Shown here piece by piece: positions 34,740 to 49,267 of a stretch of DNA of 64,000 nucleotides; the first letter of the stretch is position 1, and the number at the start of each line of letters is the position of its first letter. A model generated the notes under the pieces. The model ran no database searches, was not told the DNA's origin, and saw nothing but the letters and a program-made list of their open reading frames with translations. The DNA comes from Nemertoderma westbladi. Lineage: Eukaryota; Animalia; Xenacoelomorpha. Where the stretch lies: assembly GCA_032718475.1 (NCBI GenBank), contig JAUCBJ010000486.1, positions 7,610 to 71,609 of the forward strand, read 5' to 3'. The position numbers were made by a program, and so were the translations under genes.

Positions 34740-35649
34740 TAATCACAATGAATGTTACACTTTAATTCTACTTATTTGTATTTTGGGGCAGTAAGCATTA
34801 CAAAATGCTTTAAATTCGAACTATTGCCACACCTACCGGCAACCCGTAATGACGCTAATTCGTACTATTCGAAAATTCAAAAAATCGTTCGCTTTTCTTG
34901 CGATAAAGGCTCATGCATTTTCGGCTGTTTTGGCTCCGTAAGAGTGAACTCTGTCCAGTGCAACAAAAAACACTCTTAGACTGGAACAGTCTATATCAAT
35001 CTACTTAGAAACAATTCCGGTACCACAAAAGTGTATTTCATATTATAGAAGTTGGTACAAATGAGGCTGATGGAGTTGGATCAGATTTCGAGAGTCAAGG
35101 ATTCGATTTTGGTGAATGTACAATAAACCAAAAAAATTAAATATGGCTAATTTTAAATTCTGATATATAGACGTGTTCTTATTTCAATCTCTGTATAGTA
35201 AAATTGATAATTTTAAATGTGGAAGGGTTTACTATGGAAGATCACCCATGGTGGTGAACAGGCATTCCTTGGCTTAACGAGCCTAAAAGGATTCTCCCAT
35301 TCATAATTTTAAATTTGTTATTTAACATTTTTAATTTTAGAAATATTTCTAAACAAGTTTAAAAAATTTAGATATCACAATTTTTATTTATAAATTTCAC
35401 TAACATATTTAGAAAAAAAAACCCTGGCATTACAGTTTTATTTTTGGTAGTAATCAGCTGTATTTGCGTCGATTTTCCCCTGGAGAGGGATTTGCGTCTG
35501 AAGACCAGCCCCCCCCCCCCCCCCCCCCCTATCTGCTTTCGACGCAATCAAAAGTCATCCCTCTCCAGTTGGAAATTGATGAGGGTTAGGTGGAGTCACA
35601 CAACAAAATGATTCAATAGAATCAGGTCTCACGTAGAGAAACTGCTGTG

Positions 35650-36665
35650 TAAGAGCCAAAACGGATTTCGATCAAATAGATCAACAATAGCTCAGATACT
35701 TGCGCTACGGAGACTGATTGAGGGAATTAAGTCAAAGAATCTCCCCGCAGTCCTGACTTTTGTGTACTTTAAGAAAGCATTCGGCCCCATCCATAGAGGT
35801 AAAATGCTGGAAATCGTAAGAGCTTATGGAATGCCAGAAGTAATTGTAGCTGGTATTGGATTGTTATATTGTGACACAGAAGCGCAGGTACTCTCACCAG
35901 AAGGTGAAACTGAGTTCTTCCCAATCCTGACTGGCGTACTTCAAGGTGACACATTGGCGCCAATACTATTCATAATTGTAATGGATTACGCAATGAGGAC
36001 GGCCACAAAGGGTGAAGATCTAGGATGCACACTATAAGAACGCAGAAGTAAGTAGATATCCGGCAACTACAGTCACAGACACTGACTTTGCGGATGACAT
36101 CGCCCTAATATCTAATACGCGAGCAGATGAACAGCTTCTTTTAATGTTAATGGAAACTTGACAACAATCGATATCGATAATAATCAACTAAGGAAGGTCG
36201 ACGACTTCCAGTACCTAGGATCATGGATAGAGAGAAGAGCAAAGGCATGGGTAGCTCTATCAAAAATGGATACCATCTGGAAATCAGATCTCTCTACGGG
36301 GGTGAGACCTGGACACTGAGGAAATCACTTGAACACCGAATTGATGGTTGCTACACAAGACTACTAATGGCAGCCCTAAACATTAGCTGGAGACCACACA
36401 TGACAAACGCCGAGCTCTATGGTACTATACCACCTGTATCAACCACCCTCCGTGAACGCAGATTAAGATTCAGTGGGCACTGCTGAAGAAGTATAGACTA
36501 GGTCATACCAGATCTACTTTTCTGGCAACCAACACATGGAAAGTGTCTAGTGTCTACGTGTCTATAACATTGCGACATAACAAATTGCGACAACTACAGT
36601 ATGGAAGCCTGGAAGGATCTCATTACCACTGTACAAGTTCGCTCAACCTAGTAGAGTAGTAGTAG
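35650..36665 (+). mobile_element. 5'-truncated, degenerate RTE-like non-LTR retrotransposon (RT fragment)
   Basis: QNGFR..RST..QI, FKKAF, GVLQGDTLAP.LF, DFADDIAL, FQYLGS, LYG.ETW and RRLRFSGHC motifs; ends in a (GTA)n-like tail. Confidence 0.9.
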
Positions 36666-37359
36666 GGTTAGGTGACTTTTGTTTATTGTTTTGTTTCGAA
36701 TAACGTGCGCCTTTCCATTCATTGATAATTTAGCATTGAGACGATATATTAATTCGCCCAGCTGGGATTTGTGTAAAGTTTTCCCCCAGTCTCAGATAGG
36801 GAGAAATTTTGATTGCGTGGAAAGTACCGTTGGAATAATTAGGAAGGTATTTTTTAATTGTAAGGTATATTATTCTGTAGTATTATATTAACTATTTATA
36901 TCACGTTGATAAAAGTAGCACTTTATAGAAAAACAGTATTTACTCTTTGAGCGCAGCGAGGCAAGTAAAGTAGACGAGTAGGCCCTACTGTAAGGTAATT
37001 TTACAGTTTTATCAGTGTGATATACTGCACTGCACTGCACTACACTGCACTGTATGTAATTTTATTCAAAAAATTAAATATTTCTTTCCGACTTTACGGT
37101 GAGGCATTGTTTAATACAACGTACCGTAACATCCGTACCCTACCGTGCGTACAGTGTTTATCGCAAATACTGATGTTTGATATGCTGATAGCTACCGGTA
37201 CTAACAACAGCACATATATGAATGTGAAACTAAAATTTGACAATAGGCTGTTGTACCGGTACCTACGGTAGGCCTACTGTTGTACAGTACCGGTACGGTA
37301 CCTTGGTTCACTAATGTAATTAGTGTGAGCGGACATAACAGTTAAACTTTTTTGACGCT

Positions 37360-37570
37360 GTGGGGCGAGCCACGAAGTGAGTGAGCCTTAGCGTAGTGGT
37401 ACCATTAATCAACCTGTCGTTCTGTCGTTCTGTCGTTCTGTCGTTCTGTCGTTCTGTCGTGTTCAATTTTAAACGTTAATAACTCGGCCAATCTTTGATG
37501 AAATCTATCCAAACTTGGTACACATGTTGTTTGGCAAAAGTTTAGAAATTTTCCAAGTAGAATTTCCGTG
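37360..37570. mobile_element. DINE-1/Helentron-like non-autonomous repeat with (CTGTCGTT)n microsatellite
   Basis: TGGGGCGAGCCACG...GAGCCTTAGC, microsatellite, then CCAAACTTGGTACAC...GGCAAAAGTT; related pieces at ~39990-40110, ~47320-47390, ~47710-47760 and inverted at ~53480-53645. Family assignment is inference. Confidence 0.5.
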
Positions 37571-40500
37571 TGGCCTTCGAGAAGCTAAGATAATAGCAGT
37601 TAATTAGTTAATTAAGTTGATTGCGGTGAAAACGCCATTTTCAACCTGCCTTTTAAAGGAAATTAATTGTTTTACAGTATAAGATTTAAATAATTATACT
37701 TAAAAATTATACAGATATAATCCCCATACGCCATTCTATTATAGTTTTTAATTAGTTTAAGTGATTTGCTTTAATAAATGTGTCTTTAATTGATCTAAAC
37801 GTAATTAAACCGCACAATTATTGAGTACAAATTTAATCCTTCCCATTATTGGTCAAGTCTCTGCTGGTGTGGAGCTAGCTGCTGGGAGTTGTGGCTGTAG
37901 ACTAACCTGAGAGGAATTGTAATAGAGGCAACCAGTATTGCTATTCCAGCCCAATCACTGAATTGTGTTTATTATAGGCTGGACGGGCCGCATAACCGTT
38001 CGACTATTACTACTATTGCTATCTCAGTTAAATGACAGATATATTAACATAAATACAATCCATGTCATGGCTGTTGTAGGCTTCTGAAATAGTTTATTCC
38101 ACAATGTATATGTCTGGTTATTTTTTAATTGAATTTTTGCAAAGTAGTAAAATTAATGTTCTTAAAAATAATATTATTATTTTATATGTAACCTAGGAAA
38201 TTAGCTACATTTTTTCGCTGCAGCTTTAAGAGTGTACATTGATTTAATATTATTTCAATACCCATATTACTACATCGGCATAAGATGCGTTGGCGTTGTA
38301 TTACACATCTCCACATATCACACATCTCCACATAGATGTATCAACAGTTACTCGCACAGTTTCGAAACTTCGCATAGTTATAACTGTATAAAGATCGTCA
38401 GTCTGCGTTTAGGAAAAATATTTTATGACAAAACAGGACAAGCGACGAGCGCAACGAGGCATATAATGAAGACGAGTACTGCGTTGACTAAATTATTATA
38501 TAAACCACCTGGCTTCACATATTGATCGCATCCCTAGTTATTATTATTATAAAGATCGTCCTAGCTTGCGTTTAAGAAATATATTTAAATACAAAACAGG
38601 ACGAACGCAAAGAGGCTTATAATGAAAACGAGTACTGCGTTTATTATATTCCTATAAACCACCTGGCTTTGCATATTTAACGTGCGATTGGAAATAAGTT
38701 CGTGCTACCCTTCCGTGGGTGGTAGATGTCGCGGTTATGTATTGGTGGTTGGGAAGGGTGGGGGGGGGGGGGGGGGGAGATTAAAAGGGGTGAACACGTA
38801 CTGTCCACCTTTCTTTGATTGATTGGTGGTGTGGGTAAATTTCTCAAAACCTGATTTTGTGATACAGTCGCTGCATTTTAATTTGTATATAATAACTAGG
38901 CCTCGTGCTGCGCGAAGTCCCCACGAACGTGTTGAAACTGAAAGAGGAAAGATTTTGTTTCATTTTTTTTAATAAAAAGAGTATTTCTATATGTATTATA
39001 TTAATCTTGTTGCATGTGGTAATTTCACCTTCCATGCTATTTTTTACAGTTAAAATAACGTAAAGTAAAATATTACTAAAAAAATACACCAAAAATTACG
39101 AATTTCAGGAATACAGAAAACAACTTAACAACACAACCAGCACGTAAAGTTGCCTCATAATACTTACTGTAGTAGGGCTACAACAACTGCGTGATGCAAA
39201 CATGTTTTTTACGGTAAGATGCTGCTTTAAATTAATTATTACTAAGTTTGGAAGCCAATAAAACTTTATCTCCTCAAGGAATGGAGGGAAAAAATGTATA
39301 TACCAGGCCGTACTTCTATGACATCCACGATATTCCATTTCTTGTGGCATACAACAGTTATTCGGGTCCTATAGTTGAAGAAGCTAAGAGGAATAGAATA
39401 ATAACAATTACTACCCAGTTGTTGATAAACACATTTTTTCTCACCATCAACATTCGTAAATGCAGACAGTTGTTGTTTTGCTTGCTTATTCCTCAGCTAA
39501 ATACTAACGTCTGCCTTTCGGCTACTATATTTAAATTATCGGCGTTCTCATGACGCAAACACGATTTTGGTTAGACAGAATTCACAGACAGTAGCTTATA
39601 AATCAGTGTTTCATAATTTCACTTTTCGGTCGAAATTCTACTGGAATTTTATATATTTTTATGACGAATTTTTACTTTTTTCATTTATCTTTATTAATAT
39701 TAAGTGTTTTATAGCGTTTATTTCTGTCTTATAACCTGTACATATGACTAATTCGTTTATTGTTTTGGTTAGATTCAGCCCTTCTGTAACCTGTGTTTTT
39801 GGTGAAAACCTGGTATTCTTCACATGGGGGTAACTACAAAGTGAAACATAACGGCAGAAAGTCCGGTATTCTTCACATGGGCCCAAAAACTTGCGATTCA
39901 GGTTCGTTTTCCGGAATAATGTGGGGAGAGCCACACAGTCAGGGCGAGCCATCATAGCGCACAATTATAATTAGTAAATAGGGCAAATTTAATGTCCGTC
40001 TGTCTGTCCGTCTGTAATGAAAAATTCACTCGTAAATAACTTTTGAAGATTTTATCCATTTTCAACCAAATTTTGTATGGGCATACTAGAGAAAAAGTTC
40101 CAATATTTCTGAAAGTTACGGGACCTCTCGAACTTTTGACTCCAAATCAAATCGAACTTGCTCAAGTTCGCGTGCTGCGCGCCGCCCCTCGAATGCGTTG
40201 TTAGTAATGTGTTATTAACAGGGTGGCTTTGTTTTCTACTCTGCATTTTCCTTTTGTCCTTTACAGGCAGACAGCTAGATCAAACTCGTGGAATACAATA
40301 TGGTCATGTGACGACCTAATAGTAGGCCTAAAGATCTACACTACATCCTAAATCGATGTTAAAACCATTAATAAATAATTAGAGTAAAAACATTTAACGC
40401 AATGGAGTGAATTTCTTTACAATAACTAATATAATATTTATACTGCCAATAATTAATTATTATGATTTAATATAAGTTGGTAAGTTACGATTGCGACGTC

Positions 40501-40614
40501 GTGCCACGGCTAATAAAGCAACGATTATAGCGGGATTGGAAAAATTATGTATTTGGGGTAGAAAAACAATACAATAACAGCTACTTTATATTATTAGTAT
40601 AACTAGGCCTTCGT

Positions 40615-40771
40615 GGAAAAAATGAATTCGCCACCAGCGGGGATCGAACCTCGATAAACGTTTAGGTATGCTAACCACTACACCACGGAGGCTCCTGCAT
40701 CTTTCCGATTGATTTGCTATAGATGGTAACCTACCTTACGGTTGCTAGCTGGTGGCGAATTCATTTTTTCC
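40615..40771 (-). mobile_element. tRNA-derived SINE head within a 24-bp inverted repeat
   Basis: Minus strand: A box TGGTGTAGTGG and B box GGTTCGATCCC; IR 40615-40638 / 40748-40771; no complete cloverleaf. Confidence 0.6.
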
Positions 40772-41050
40772 GCTCCATTTGCTATAGAGTTGGATCACCC
40801 TAAGTCCTGTTTAAATTACTTAGCATCGAAGTGGAAAGGTTTCCAAGTAATTTAGTAAAATCCATTCAAACACTCAAAAGTTATTGCAACTTTAGTGTCT
40901 GCAAGTCGAACTCCAAAACGGAACTCAATATCCAATATTGGTTTATGTTGTTAAGCGGCTCTCTAGTTACGTAATAAATATTCGAGAACACTATAAATTA
41001 TTTAACATTGAGATTAGTTGATTGAAAATTGTATCCAAAAAATAGCCTTA

Positions 41051-41480
41051 GGCCCCACCCCCCTCACACGAAGCAACTTGTTTCTGAAACTTGTTGCTGG
41101 ACCCCCTCACACACAGAAACTTGTTGCTGGACCCCCTCACACACAGACACTTGTTGCTGCAACTTGTTTCCGAAACTTGTTTCTGTGTGTGAGGAGTCCA
41201 GCAACAAGTTGCTGCAAATTGTTTCCGAAACTTATTTCTGTGTGTGAGGGGGTCCAGCAACTTTTTTAAAAACCTTTTTTACATCCAATTTTTATATTAG
41301 AGCTAATATTCGATAAATTGAGGTGAGTTCTGCAATCAATGTTTCTGTAAACAAGTGTGCAGAAGGAGCAAGTTCGCAGCAACAAGTTTCTGTGTGTGAG
41401 GGGGTCCAGCAACAAGTTTATGTGTGTGAGGGGGTCCAGCATCATGTTTCAGAAACAAGTTGCCCCGTGTGAGGGGGGCC
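41051..41480. mobile_element. PIF/Harbinger-type MITE
   Basis: TTA TSD; TIR GGCCCC..CCTCACACG; internal inverted arrays of CCCCCTCACACACAGAAACTTGTTGCTGGA. Confidence 0.85.
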
Positions 41481-42783
41481 TTAAATAGGTATAAGAAGTA
41501 GAGAAAATAATAAGCGAAGATTAATTACTATATTATAAATTAGTTATTAAAAATGATTTAAATCGAAAATGACCTATTTTATTACAATTTTGTCCGAAAC
41601 CAAAACATACTAAACAGAGAAATGCTTCCACTGCTTTGTTTGCATATTGTTTTAATACAGATGATCTTACTATAATATGCACAGTTTATCAAAGTTATCG
41701 CAGGACAATCAAATATCATTTATTATTCACCTCAATTATTAATGACATATAATATTTCATAAAAGAAATTATTGGTAATTCATCATAAAAATTCTGGGGA
41801 ATGAGATTTCACCACTCCACTGTTTCACCAGAAACTTTATAGTAAAAAACTGGAGGATTTAAATTTCCGCATCGCTAGTTTAATCTTTGTAACATTCAAT
41901 ATTTTCAGCTATTTTCCTCCCCTAAAAAGGAACAAACGATCTCTGAAAGGAATGATGGGACATAATTTCTAAATTATTTAATAATAGTAACTATATAAGA
42001 TAAATACTAAAGATGAGAGGTCTAAAGTTACAAACAGTGATACGCATTGGGAGACAAAACAAATATAACCGGATGGAAAAACTATACCCGACATCGGAAA
42101 AACAAGTAAAAAATACCAGAGCAGACACACATACCGTAATACCCACAAACACAACCAGGAAAACAAACACAACAGGATAAACCAAAATGTCAGCAAATTC
42201 ATAAAACAAAACCGCACTAAAGTATAAGTAAACCCTATACTTACTAGGCCTACTGCAACTAAACACTATAATACACATCTCACCATTTGCGGAATACTTT
42301 AAAACACCAGAAACTCAGAAAGTAATGTTAATACATTTACATTGTTAAATAAAATTACGAACATTTTATACGTGGCACTATTTTGAATAATTGGGTTTTG
42401 AAAAAGTACCGGTACACTACAAAAGCGAAATTACTAAACAAATTAATAATAATTGTTATTGTTAATGTTTATTGCCACTCAATATATGTGGCGGTAAAAT
42501 TCTGAAACGCGATTTGTGAAGCTATACACCACATTATTTCTCACAGCTGAAATATTAGGAAGATAAACTGATAAAAGTTAAAATGGGAAACTTTTATAAA
42601 TTGTCGGCATAATTTAAATTCATTTCTGATGCGTTAACTTTGGGAAAGAACATCGCTAATCGTACCAGAGCAGAGGCTACGTGGCATGGAGCCTCTAAGG
42701 GGAACATAAAGTCATATTTACATAATTTATTATTAAATGTTGTTTATTGTTTCTGAAATATCAACAGAAACAACAAGTATTTA

Positions 42784-43012
42784 TTGGAGTGAGTACAAAA
42801 CAAAGACCCAAAGAGTAAAGACCTGTGCAAAACACGTGTTAACTTTCTTTTATTGTTTTGGTTTCCCCAACACGCATCTGTAACCTGCTCCTTTACTAAC
42901 CTGCTCCTTTAAATGGCAATGAGAACTAACGCTCTTTGGGACCTAACGCGACTTTACCTCTTTGTTTTGTACAGGTATTGAATCTTTCGGTCTTTGTTTT
43001 GTACTCACCCAG
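42784..43012. mobile_element. Small MITE flanked by TA
   Basis: TIR GTGAGTACAAAACAAAGACC / GGTCTTTGTTTTGTACTCAC. Confidence 0.7.
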
Positions 43013-43339
43013 TATTATTGTATGAAGGAGCAGCATCTGTTACATTAACAGATTAACAACATTATATTAATATTAATAACTCGGCAAATAATATTGTGCA
43101 TCTAGAAATATTAAATTATATGCTAAATAATGACAAGAAGGAATTATGTGCCAAAAAAATAATAAATTATTACGTAAAACACAAAAATTATCGCTGACGC
43201 TGATTAATGAAATACGTTCATCTAGAAACAGCTATATATTTTATTTATATTATAGCCTAATATTAATTAGCTACGTGTAGTAGTGAAACACATTCTTCTA
43301 CTGCTTCGCGGGAGGTTTACATTTGTTGCAACTTAAATA

Positions 43340-44175
43340 CTCCCACCATGTCCCAGAATATAGTGTCGTTATTCAGGTACTTGCCCCTGCCACCCCAAGA
43401 AATTTTTCTAGAAATCATAATTAGATTGCCTTTAATTTTAAATCGAGTCAGTTTCACCTCCCTCCTCCTTGCTGGGTGAGCCAGAATTTTTATTTTTGCT
43501 TTCAATCTTTAGCTACAAGCGTTTAAAAAAGGTGTATCCGCCAATATTACACCAGTTGCTGGCCGTGCAAGGATTCCAAATATGTAAAATATTTGAATTT
43601 AGTTGGGAAATAGATGAGATATTGGCATTCGAATTTTGCATGTATTTATATACTTCCGCTGCATGCCATTTATTCTATATAACAAATGCAAAATGTTCTA
43701 GAACATTTTACTTATGATGTATGGATAACCCTATACTAGATTATTATACAGGCATTGCATTGTTGCCCAGCTACTTATGAGATACACAAAATGTTCTAGA
43801 ACATGGTGTATTTATTAAATAGAATAAATGGCCTGCAGGGGAAGCAAATACATGCAACTTTGGAATGCCCATAACTCGGCAATTTCCCAACCAAATTCAA
43901 ATATTTTTACATATTTGGAATCCTTGCATGGGCAGCTTTTCACTAGAAAAATCACTATACGACTGGTATGATATAATGGAGACACTTTTAGCTTTTACTT
44001 GTAGCTACAAATTGAAAGCAAAAATAAAAATTCTGGTTCACCCAGCAAGGAGGAGGGAGGTGAAACTATCTCTGTTTCAAATTTCATGCAATCTCATTAA
44101 AATTAGTGGAAAAATTTTTTGGGGGGGGGGGGTGGGTACCTGAATAACTTTCCCACTATATTCCAGGACATGGTG
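43340..44175. mobile_element. Long palindromic (foldback) MITE flanked by TA
   Basis: Arms are imperfect reverse complements over ~350 bp (CACCATGTCC..GAATATAGTG; TTTCACCTCCCTCCTCCTTGCTGGGTGA). Confidence 0.85.
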
Positions 44176-44635
44176 TATTTTGTGTACATATGTATGATTT
44201 ATAGAAATACGCCATGTTCAATAAATTTTGAAACCGTAACAGTTCCGCCCGTTGTAACATTGTAAAAATAGGGTACCTAACCAAAATAGCTAACAAAAAT
44301 AATACAAATCAACAAAACCGAAATCAGGTAGGCCTATTCGCTATTCCACAATATTACATTACAATGTTACAGATAGCCAAACTCTATAGCCACATAATTA
44401 TTTAATCAAACTTTCCCAGTTTTATTTCTTTCAATTAATTTGAGTATTTTTTAAATTTAATTTCTGTATTTTTGGAATGAAATTAAGTGACTTTAAACTA
44501 CAAACAGTGAGACACACTCTATAGGCGGACAGATTCAACCGGACGCGGACAGACATACAAGTCGGACAAACAGGAACCGGACAAAAGGAATCGGAAAAGC
44601 GACTGCGAGAAACTACCCAACAACAAAGAGGTTAT

Positions 44636-45658
44636 TCACGTTGTTGTCTCTGGGGCCGGTTTCAACTCTTTTATCTGTTTAATCAAATAGTTCCGCTCAT
44701 CCGTAAATTGCTCGTCGTCTGTGCGATCAGTCTGGAAATGCGACAGAAATTCAACCAACTTATCCTTATTCTTCAACAATATCTCGAGAATCTCCTTGGA
44801 TTTATTAGGATTAGCAACGAACACCTTAAAAACATGGAAGGCCTCGAACTGAATGTTTCTGGACGTGTCCCGCAACATATTCATAAGGAGTTTAAGGTTA
44901 TCCGGGTTGCCTATATAGCGACTCATCGTTGTGAAGTTGTGACGATCCAATAACATCTCCCCTAGCAGCTTCAAGGATTGTCGTCGTGTCACGTAATTAT
45001 CCGATTTGACTAACTTCGTGTAATTCTCGAAAACGCGAGAGTAATTACTCAATAGAAACTCACTGCACATAACTTTATGGCGAGTGAGCAACTCCTTGAA
45101 GGTGCTGAACGCATCAGAGGATATATCGAACGCGTTCAACTCGACATACTCGAAAAATTTATCGAAATAGGTCGAGTAAAGAATTATTTTAGCGAGGGCT
45201 TCGTAACGGCATGCTTCACGCAACATAATTCCGCAATTGAGGGCAATATCTGGGTTCTCGTAGCCGCGAATAAGTGCGAATAAAATATCCTGTTTGGTGC
45301 AAACGTACTCGACGGTTGGCTGTCTAGTACCGATCTGACGACGCAAAACGTTGTTGAAAATTTGAGCGGCATCTTTTTTGGACTCGAAATCAATTCTTTC
45401 TAAGTTTTTAATGAGGGAGGGAAGACAGTCAGTTGAGTAAAGTTCTTGAGCGAGCTGAGCCACTATTTCGCCTTGAGGTTCCTGCTCCCCCGTTCCGAAA
45501 AGTATAGCCTTCATGCCTTGAAGGCTCTTACGGACATCTTCGTTTACTCTCTCTGTTTTTTTACTATCGGGTTTATTGAGTTCAAGATAGGTCAAGGCGT
45601 CTCGTAAAGTTTTTGTGATTTCAGTGGGTGTTTTCTTGCTGCTCCCGAAGAATGGCAT
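44636..45658 (-). CDS. CAB39: Calcium-binding protein 39 / MO25 (LKB1-STRAD scaffold), uninterrupted ORF
   Basis: Full-length 340 aa: [66 protein letters not shown]. Confidence 0.97.
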   Translation of the reverse strand: MPFFGSSKKTPTEITKTLRDALTYLELNKPDSKKTERVNEDVRKSLQGMKAILFGTGEQEPQGEIVAQLAQELYSTDCLPSLIKNLERIDFESKKDAAQIFNNVLRRQIGTRQPTVEYVCTKQDILFALIRGYENPDIALNCGIMLREACRYEALAKIILYSTYFDKFFEYVELNAFDISSDAFSTFKELLTRHKVMCSEFLLSNYSRVFENYTKLVKSDNYVTRRQSLKLLGEMLLDRHNFTTMSRYIGNPDNLKLLMNMLRDTSRNIQFEAFHVFKVFVANPNKSKEILEILLKNKDKLVEFLSHFQTDRTDDEQFTDERNYLIKQIKELKPAPETTT

Positions 45659-47414
45659 TATTTATATCTGTTATATAGTCTTTATTTATACGATACTGCG
45701 ATACCGGTACCCAGTACCGGTAACACTATGCAGTACCGGTACCGGTGCGATAGGCCTTCAGATCACTAGGCCTACTCCCTATTGCTGTGCTGTGCAGTGC
45801 AGCTGTTAGTAGCGAGTCCAGGAGTCTGCTGGACTGTACAGCTGCAGGCAAAGCGCTGCACTACAACACGGAACTGCTGAACTGTAGCGGTGAGTAGGCA
45901 GGTAGGTGGGTGAGGTATTATCAGCCTGCTGGCCTGTCACAATCTGACAGTGTTGCAGTGTTAGACTTACAACTCTGCAATCGTCTTTCAGATATTACCG
46001 GTATGGGTATGGGGTTGTTAACCTAAGTCCGAAGTTCTAGTTGTACAGTATGATCGTATGCAAAACGGTAGCTAACGTATTTGCCTATCGTATTTGGATC
46101 AATAGTTAATCCTATGTGCTTTACCGTTTATTAGCTTTATTATACCAGTTCTTAAACTTGTTATGATCAGCATGATATTGCTCTAGGCCCTACTTAAATT
46201 GAGTTGCTTGGAGTCGGAAAGCTTTATTACAATACTTAGAGGCTTTTACAACCAAGTTAAACAATTATACAATGAGAGTTAATGGGATTGCGCAAAATAA
46301 CGGTGTTTAATGGGCTTAAAAATAATGTAATAATTAAATTTAAAACATTAAGGGAAGGGAAAGGCATGTTACAAACTGACAAAGTGCCGGTGTTTTCTAA
46401 CCAAATCAATATCTGACTTAGTGTTAAATTTTTGTGTTTTCACTTGCATGCAGTCATTTTGCGCCACTGAATGCGACTATATTGCAGTATTAAGCTACAG
46501 GAAATGGAACACTATATCCACTGGTGGACAGACCGACAGATTTCCGCTGCTACACCAGGTGTGACCAGTACGCAATTAATAAACTGCTGCTCCTTTCTCT
46601 TTTGTAGGACTTTAGGTCTAACATTCCTACAGTATTTATACATAAAGTATCACTTTCATGCATTTTTTGCATGGGCATTCTTTCTGGACTTTGTGACTAA
46701 TGCATTTTTCGGTTAAGCGCAATCATCTGATGATTGAGATTTTGGCTATTGAATGGGATATAATCTTAGGCTCGATACAAGACAAGGAATGCCGGTTCGA
46801 CCACTGAAAGATGAATGACATCGTTGGGCTAGACTGCAGCATTTAAAGCACTATGCAGCTATGCCCAAATAGTGCTACCCCATCTAGGGATCGAACCAGG
46901 TCTTCCTAATTGGAAGCCCAGGAATGTAAGACCAAGCTGCTGCTTTGTCCAAGCTACCGCTTTTGTTACCGGTAGTCAATTATTATATTTGCAGAATCGA
47001 TTATCCAATGCTACAATTATGGGTGCGCTGTAATAATTTTGGTAATACAGTACACTGAGCAGCTATGAATCAACAGCACATTTGTGTAGAAAATAACCTG
47101 TTAACAAAGTAATCTGTTAGCAACGTACACAAGGAACATTACGAAGCTCAGAAGCACGCTTGCAGGGCAAGGGGTGAATGCTATATGCGTACGGTATGAT
47201 GTAGATGTGGGGGGAGCCATGATAGTATAGCGATCTTAGCATACGGGTAGCACTATTATAATCAGCGTGCCTGTACAGTATCTGTAGATCTGTCGATCCG
47301 AATATTTTAACGTTAATAACTCTCCGTTAATCAAACCAAACTTGGTACATACGTAGCTTGGCAAAAGTTTCGAAATTTTACAAGTAGAATTTGTGGGGGT
47401 CCCATGATGCATGA

Positions 47415-48665
47415 TTGTGTTTGAAAAAGGTGGACTGGACACAGAAAACATGGACAATGGACAGACCAATCACGGGCAATTTGCGTCACACCGCATGTCC
47501 ACCTTTTTCAAATTTGAATAAGGTGGACTGGGTTGAGAAAGAACAGGCAATGAATTGACCAATCAGATTGATTTGCACATTATAGCAGCTCTGTCCACGT
47601 TTTTCAAAAAATTTCAGAAGGTTTTTATGGATTATTAATGTTATTATTATCCCATACTTACTGTGAACAACCAGCCAACCTAAGTTGTTGAAATAGGCCT
47701 AGTTCAATCATGGGGCGAGCCACGCGAAGTTTGTGAGCTGAGCCTTACCAGCCTTAGCATCAATATTTGAACGTCAATATTCTAACTCATTACAGTATAA
47801 AGTTAATTATAATAACTACAGTAGGCCTACCTATTGTACTGTGCTGCTATATGAGGGAAATATAATATGCTTTATTTACCGTCCATCCCGAGATCTGTTA
47901 TTAAACGACCGAGCGCAGCGTGGGAGGTAAATAAGTCCCCATATTTTGGGAGTGGCGGTCCGAAACCCTAATTCAAAGTGGAAATGGAGGCCCAAAACCT
48001 TAATTAAAACTGTCATGTAACGAATTGTAACCCCTTAAATATTTAAACCACTTAAATATTTTGGGTCCTAAATTCCACAAAATTTCTTAAATTAGAGCAT
48101 CGGGACTTTAAGGTTACCGGTATAGGGTTAATGACAGTTTTAATTAGGGTTTGGGCCTGACCAACTAACCCGACAACAAAAATAAACCAACAAATCTAAG
48201 TTAAAGTGCTGTACGGTACGCTAGACCTAATACAGTATTTATTATACAGGTACTGTAAGTCTATATAGGTGGACAATCCGCGCGGGGGGGGGGGGGGGGG
48301 GGGGGTAGATACTCCTAGGACACCGGCAGACCGGCAGCATTCTTAATGCAGCTGCTTCCAGCATGCCCATTATAGATAGATAATTGAAACCTGAAAAAGG
48401 TGGACAGTCCAATCACTAATAAATAGAGTGGCTTTAATACGTTTCTGATTGGTCAGACTATTATCTATGTTTTTTGTGCATGTGTCCAGTCCACCTTTTT
48501 CAAACACACATCTTATTCCCAATTATGTAACTAAGAAAGCGAAACTTGAAAAAGGTGGACAGACCAATTGGTACAAACTGCTTTGCATAATACGTTTCTG
48601 ATTGGTCTGTCCGTTGTCCATGTTTTCTGTATCCACTATCCAGTCCACCTTTTTCAAACACCCGT
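47415..48665. repeat. Dispersed and inverted copies of a short repeat family (TTTGAAAAAGGTGGAC...CCAATC)
   Basis: Copies at ~47415-47610, ~48390-48510 and ~48545-48665 in both orientations. Confidence 0.6.
47988..48158. mobile_element. Small MITE
   Basis: AGGCCCAAAACCTTAATTAAAACTGTCAT / ATGACAGTTTTAATTAGGGTTTGGGCCT inverted pair. Confidence 0.6.
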
Positions 48666-49200
48666 CTAGAGTACAGATTGCATGTAGCTCTCCCTGCAAA
48701 GCCTGGAAGCAGATTGCAGAGGTATGGTACCGGTACCAAGGCTGGACTTGTATTCATTCAATCTCGTACTGAGGCCCATCACTGTAAGACTGTTGTTACC
48801 TCGTTAAGACGATTACCGTGTGACCCTGACGTTACGGTAAGAAATTGCAGAATTGTGATATTTTGTCCGTACAGCAGCCGTCATGCTGCCGTTCATTGCC
48901 GTACGGTTTCACCGTACGGCAATGTTTACGTACGGTCGCCGGAGGGTCGCTTTCAGGAGAGGTTCCACACGCCGTACGGTCAGGTTGAGATCACCGTACA
49001 GCCGTACTGCCGTATGCACGATTATGAAAATGCACAACGCTGTTCACTTGCCCTAATATTCCTTAGAATCATTTTCAACAATAATGCTGAAATCTCCTGG
49101 CAAGCAGTTTTTCTTTCTTACGCTACGGTAGGCCTATCTTTGTATTTTTTGATGAAAGTAAGAGAAAGAATTCATAAAGAATTATATTGAAAAAAATTAA

Positions 49201-49267
49201 ATTAAATCATTTGATTTAAATCATTGATTTAAATCATTGATTTAAATCATGATTTCAATCAACCCTG
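49201..49267 (-). mobile_element. Terminus of a hAT-like element, within a CCGTACGG-rich repeat region (~48770-49670)
   Basis: (TGATTTAAATCAT)n subterminal palindromes ending in ...AATCAACCCTG. Confidence 0.45.

Noticed and set aside
35508-35529. Long poly-C/poly-G runs (about ten in the window) as a functional system
   Set aside because: No consistent position or flanks; simple homopolymers whose lengths are also prone to sequencing error.
40630-40695. Functional tRNA gene
   Set aside because: A and B boxes are present, but the anticodon arm and acceptor stem do not form; treated as a SINE head.
48678-49190. 170-aa ORF
   Set aside because: Non-ATG start, lies in CCGTACGG-rich repeat DNA, no recognisable domain.
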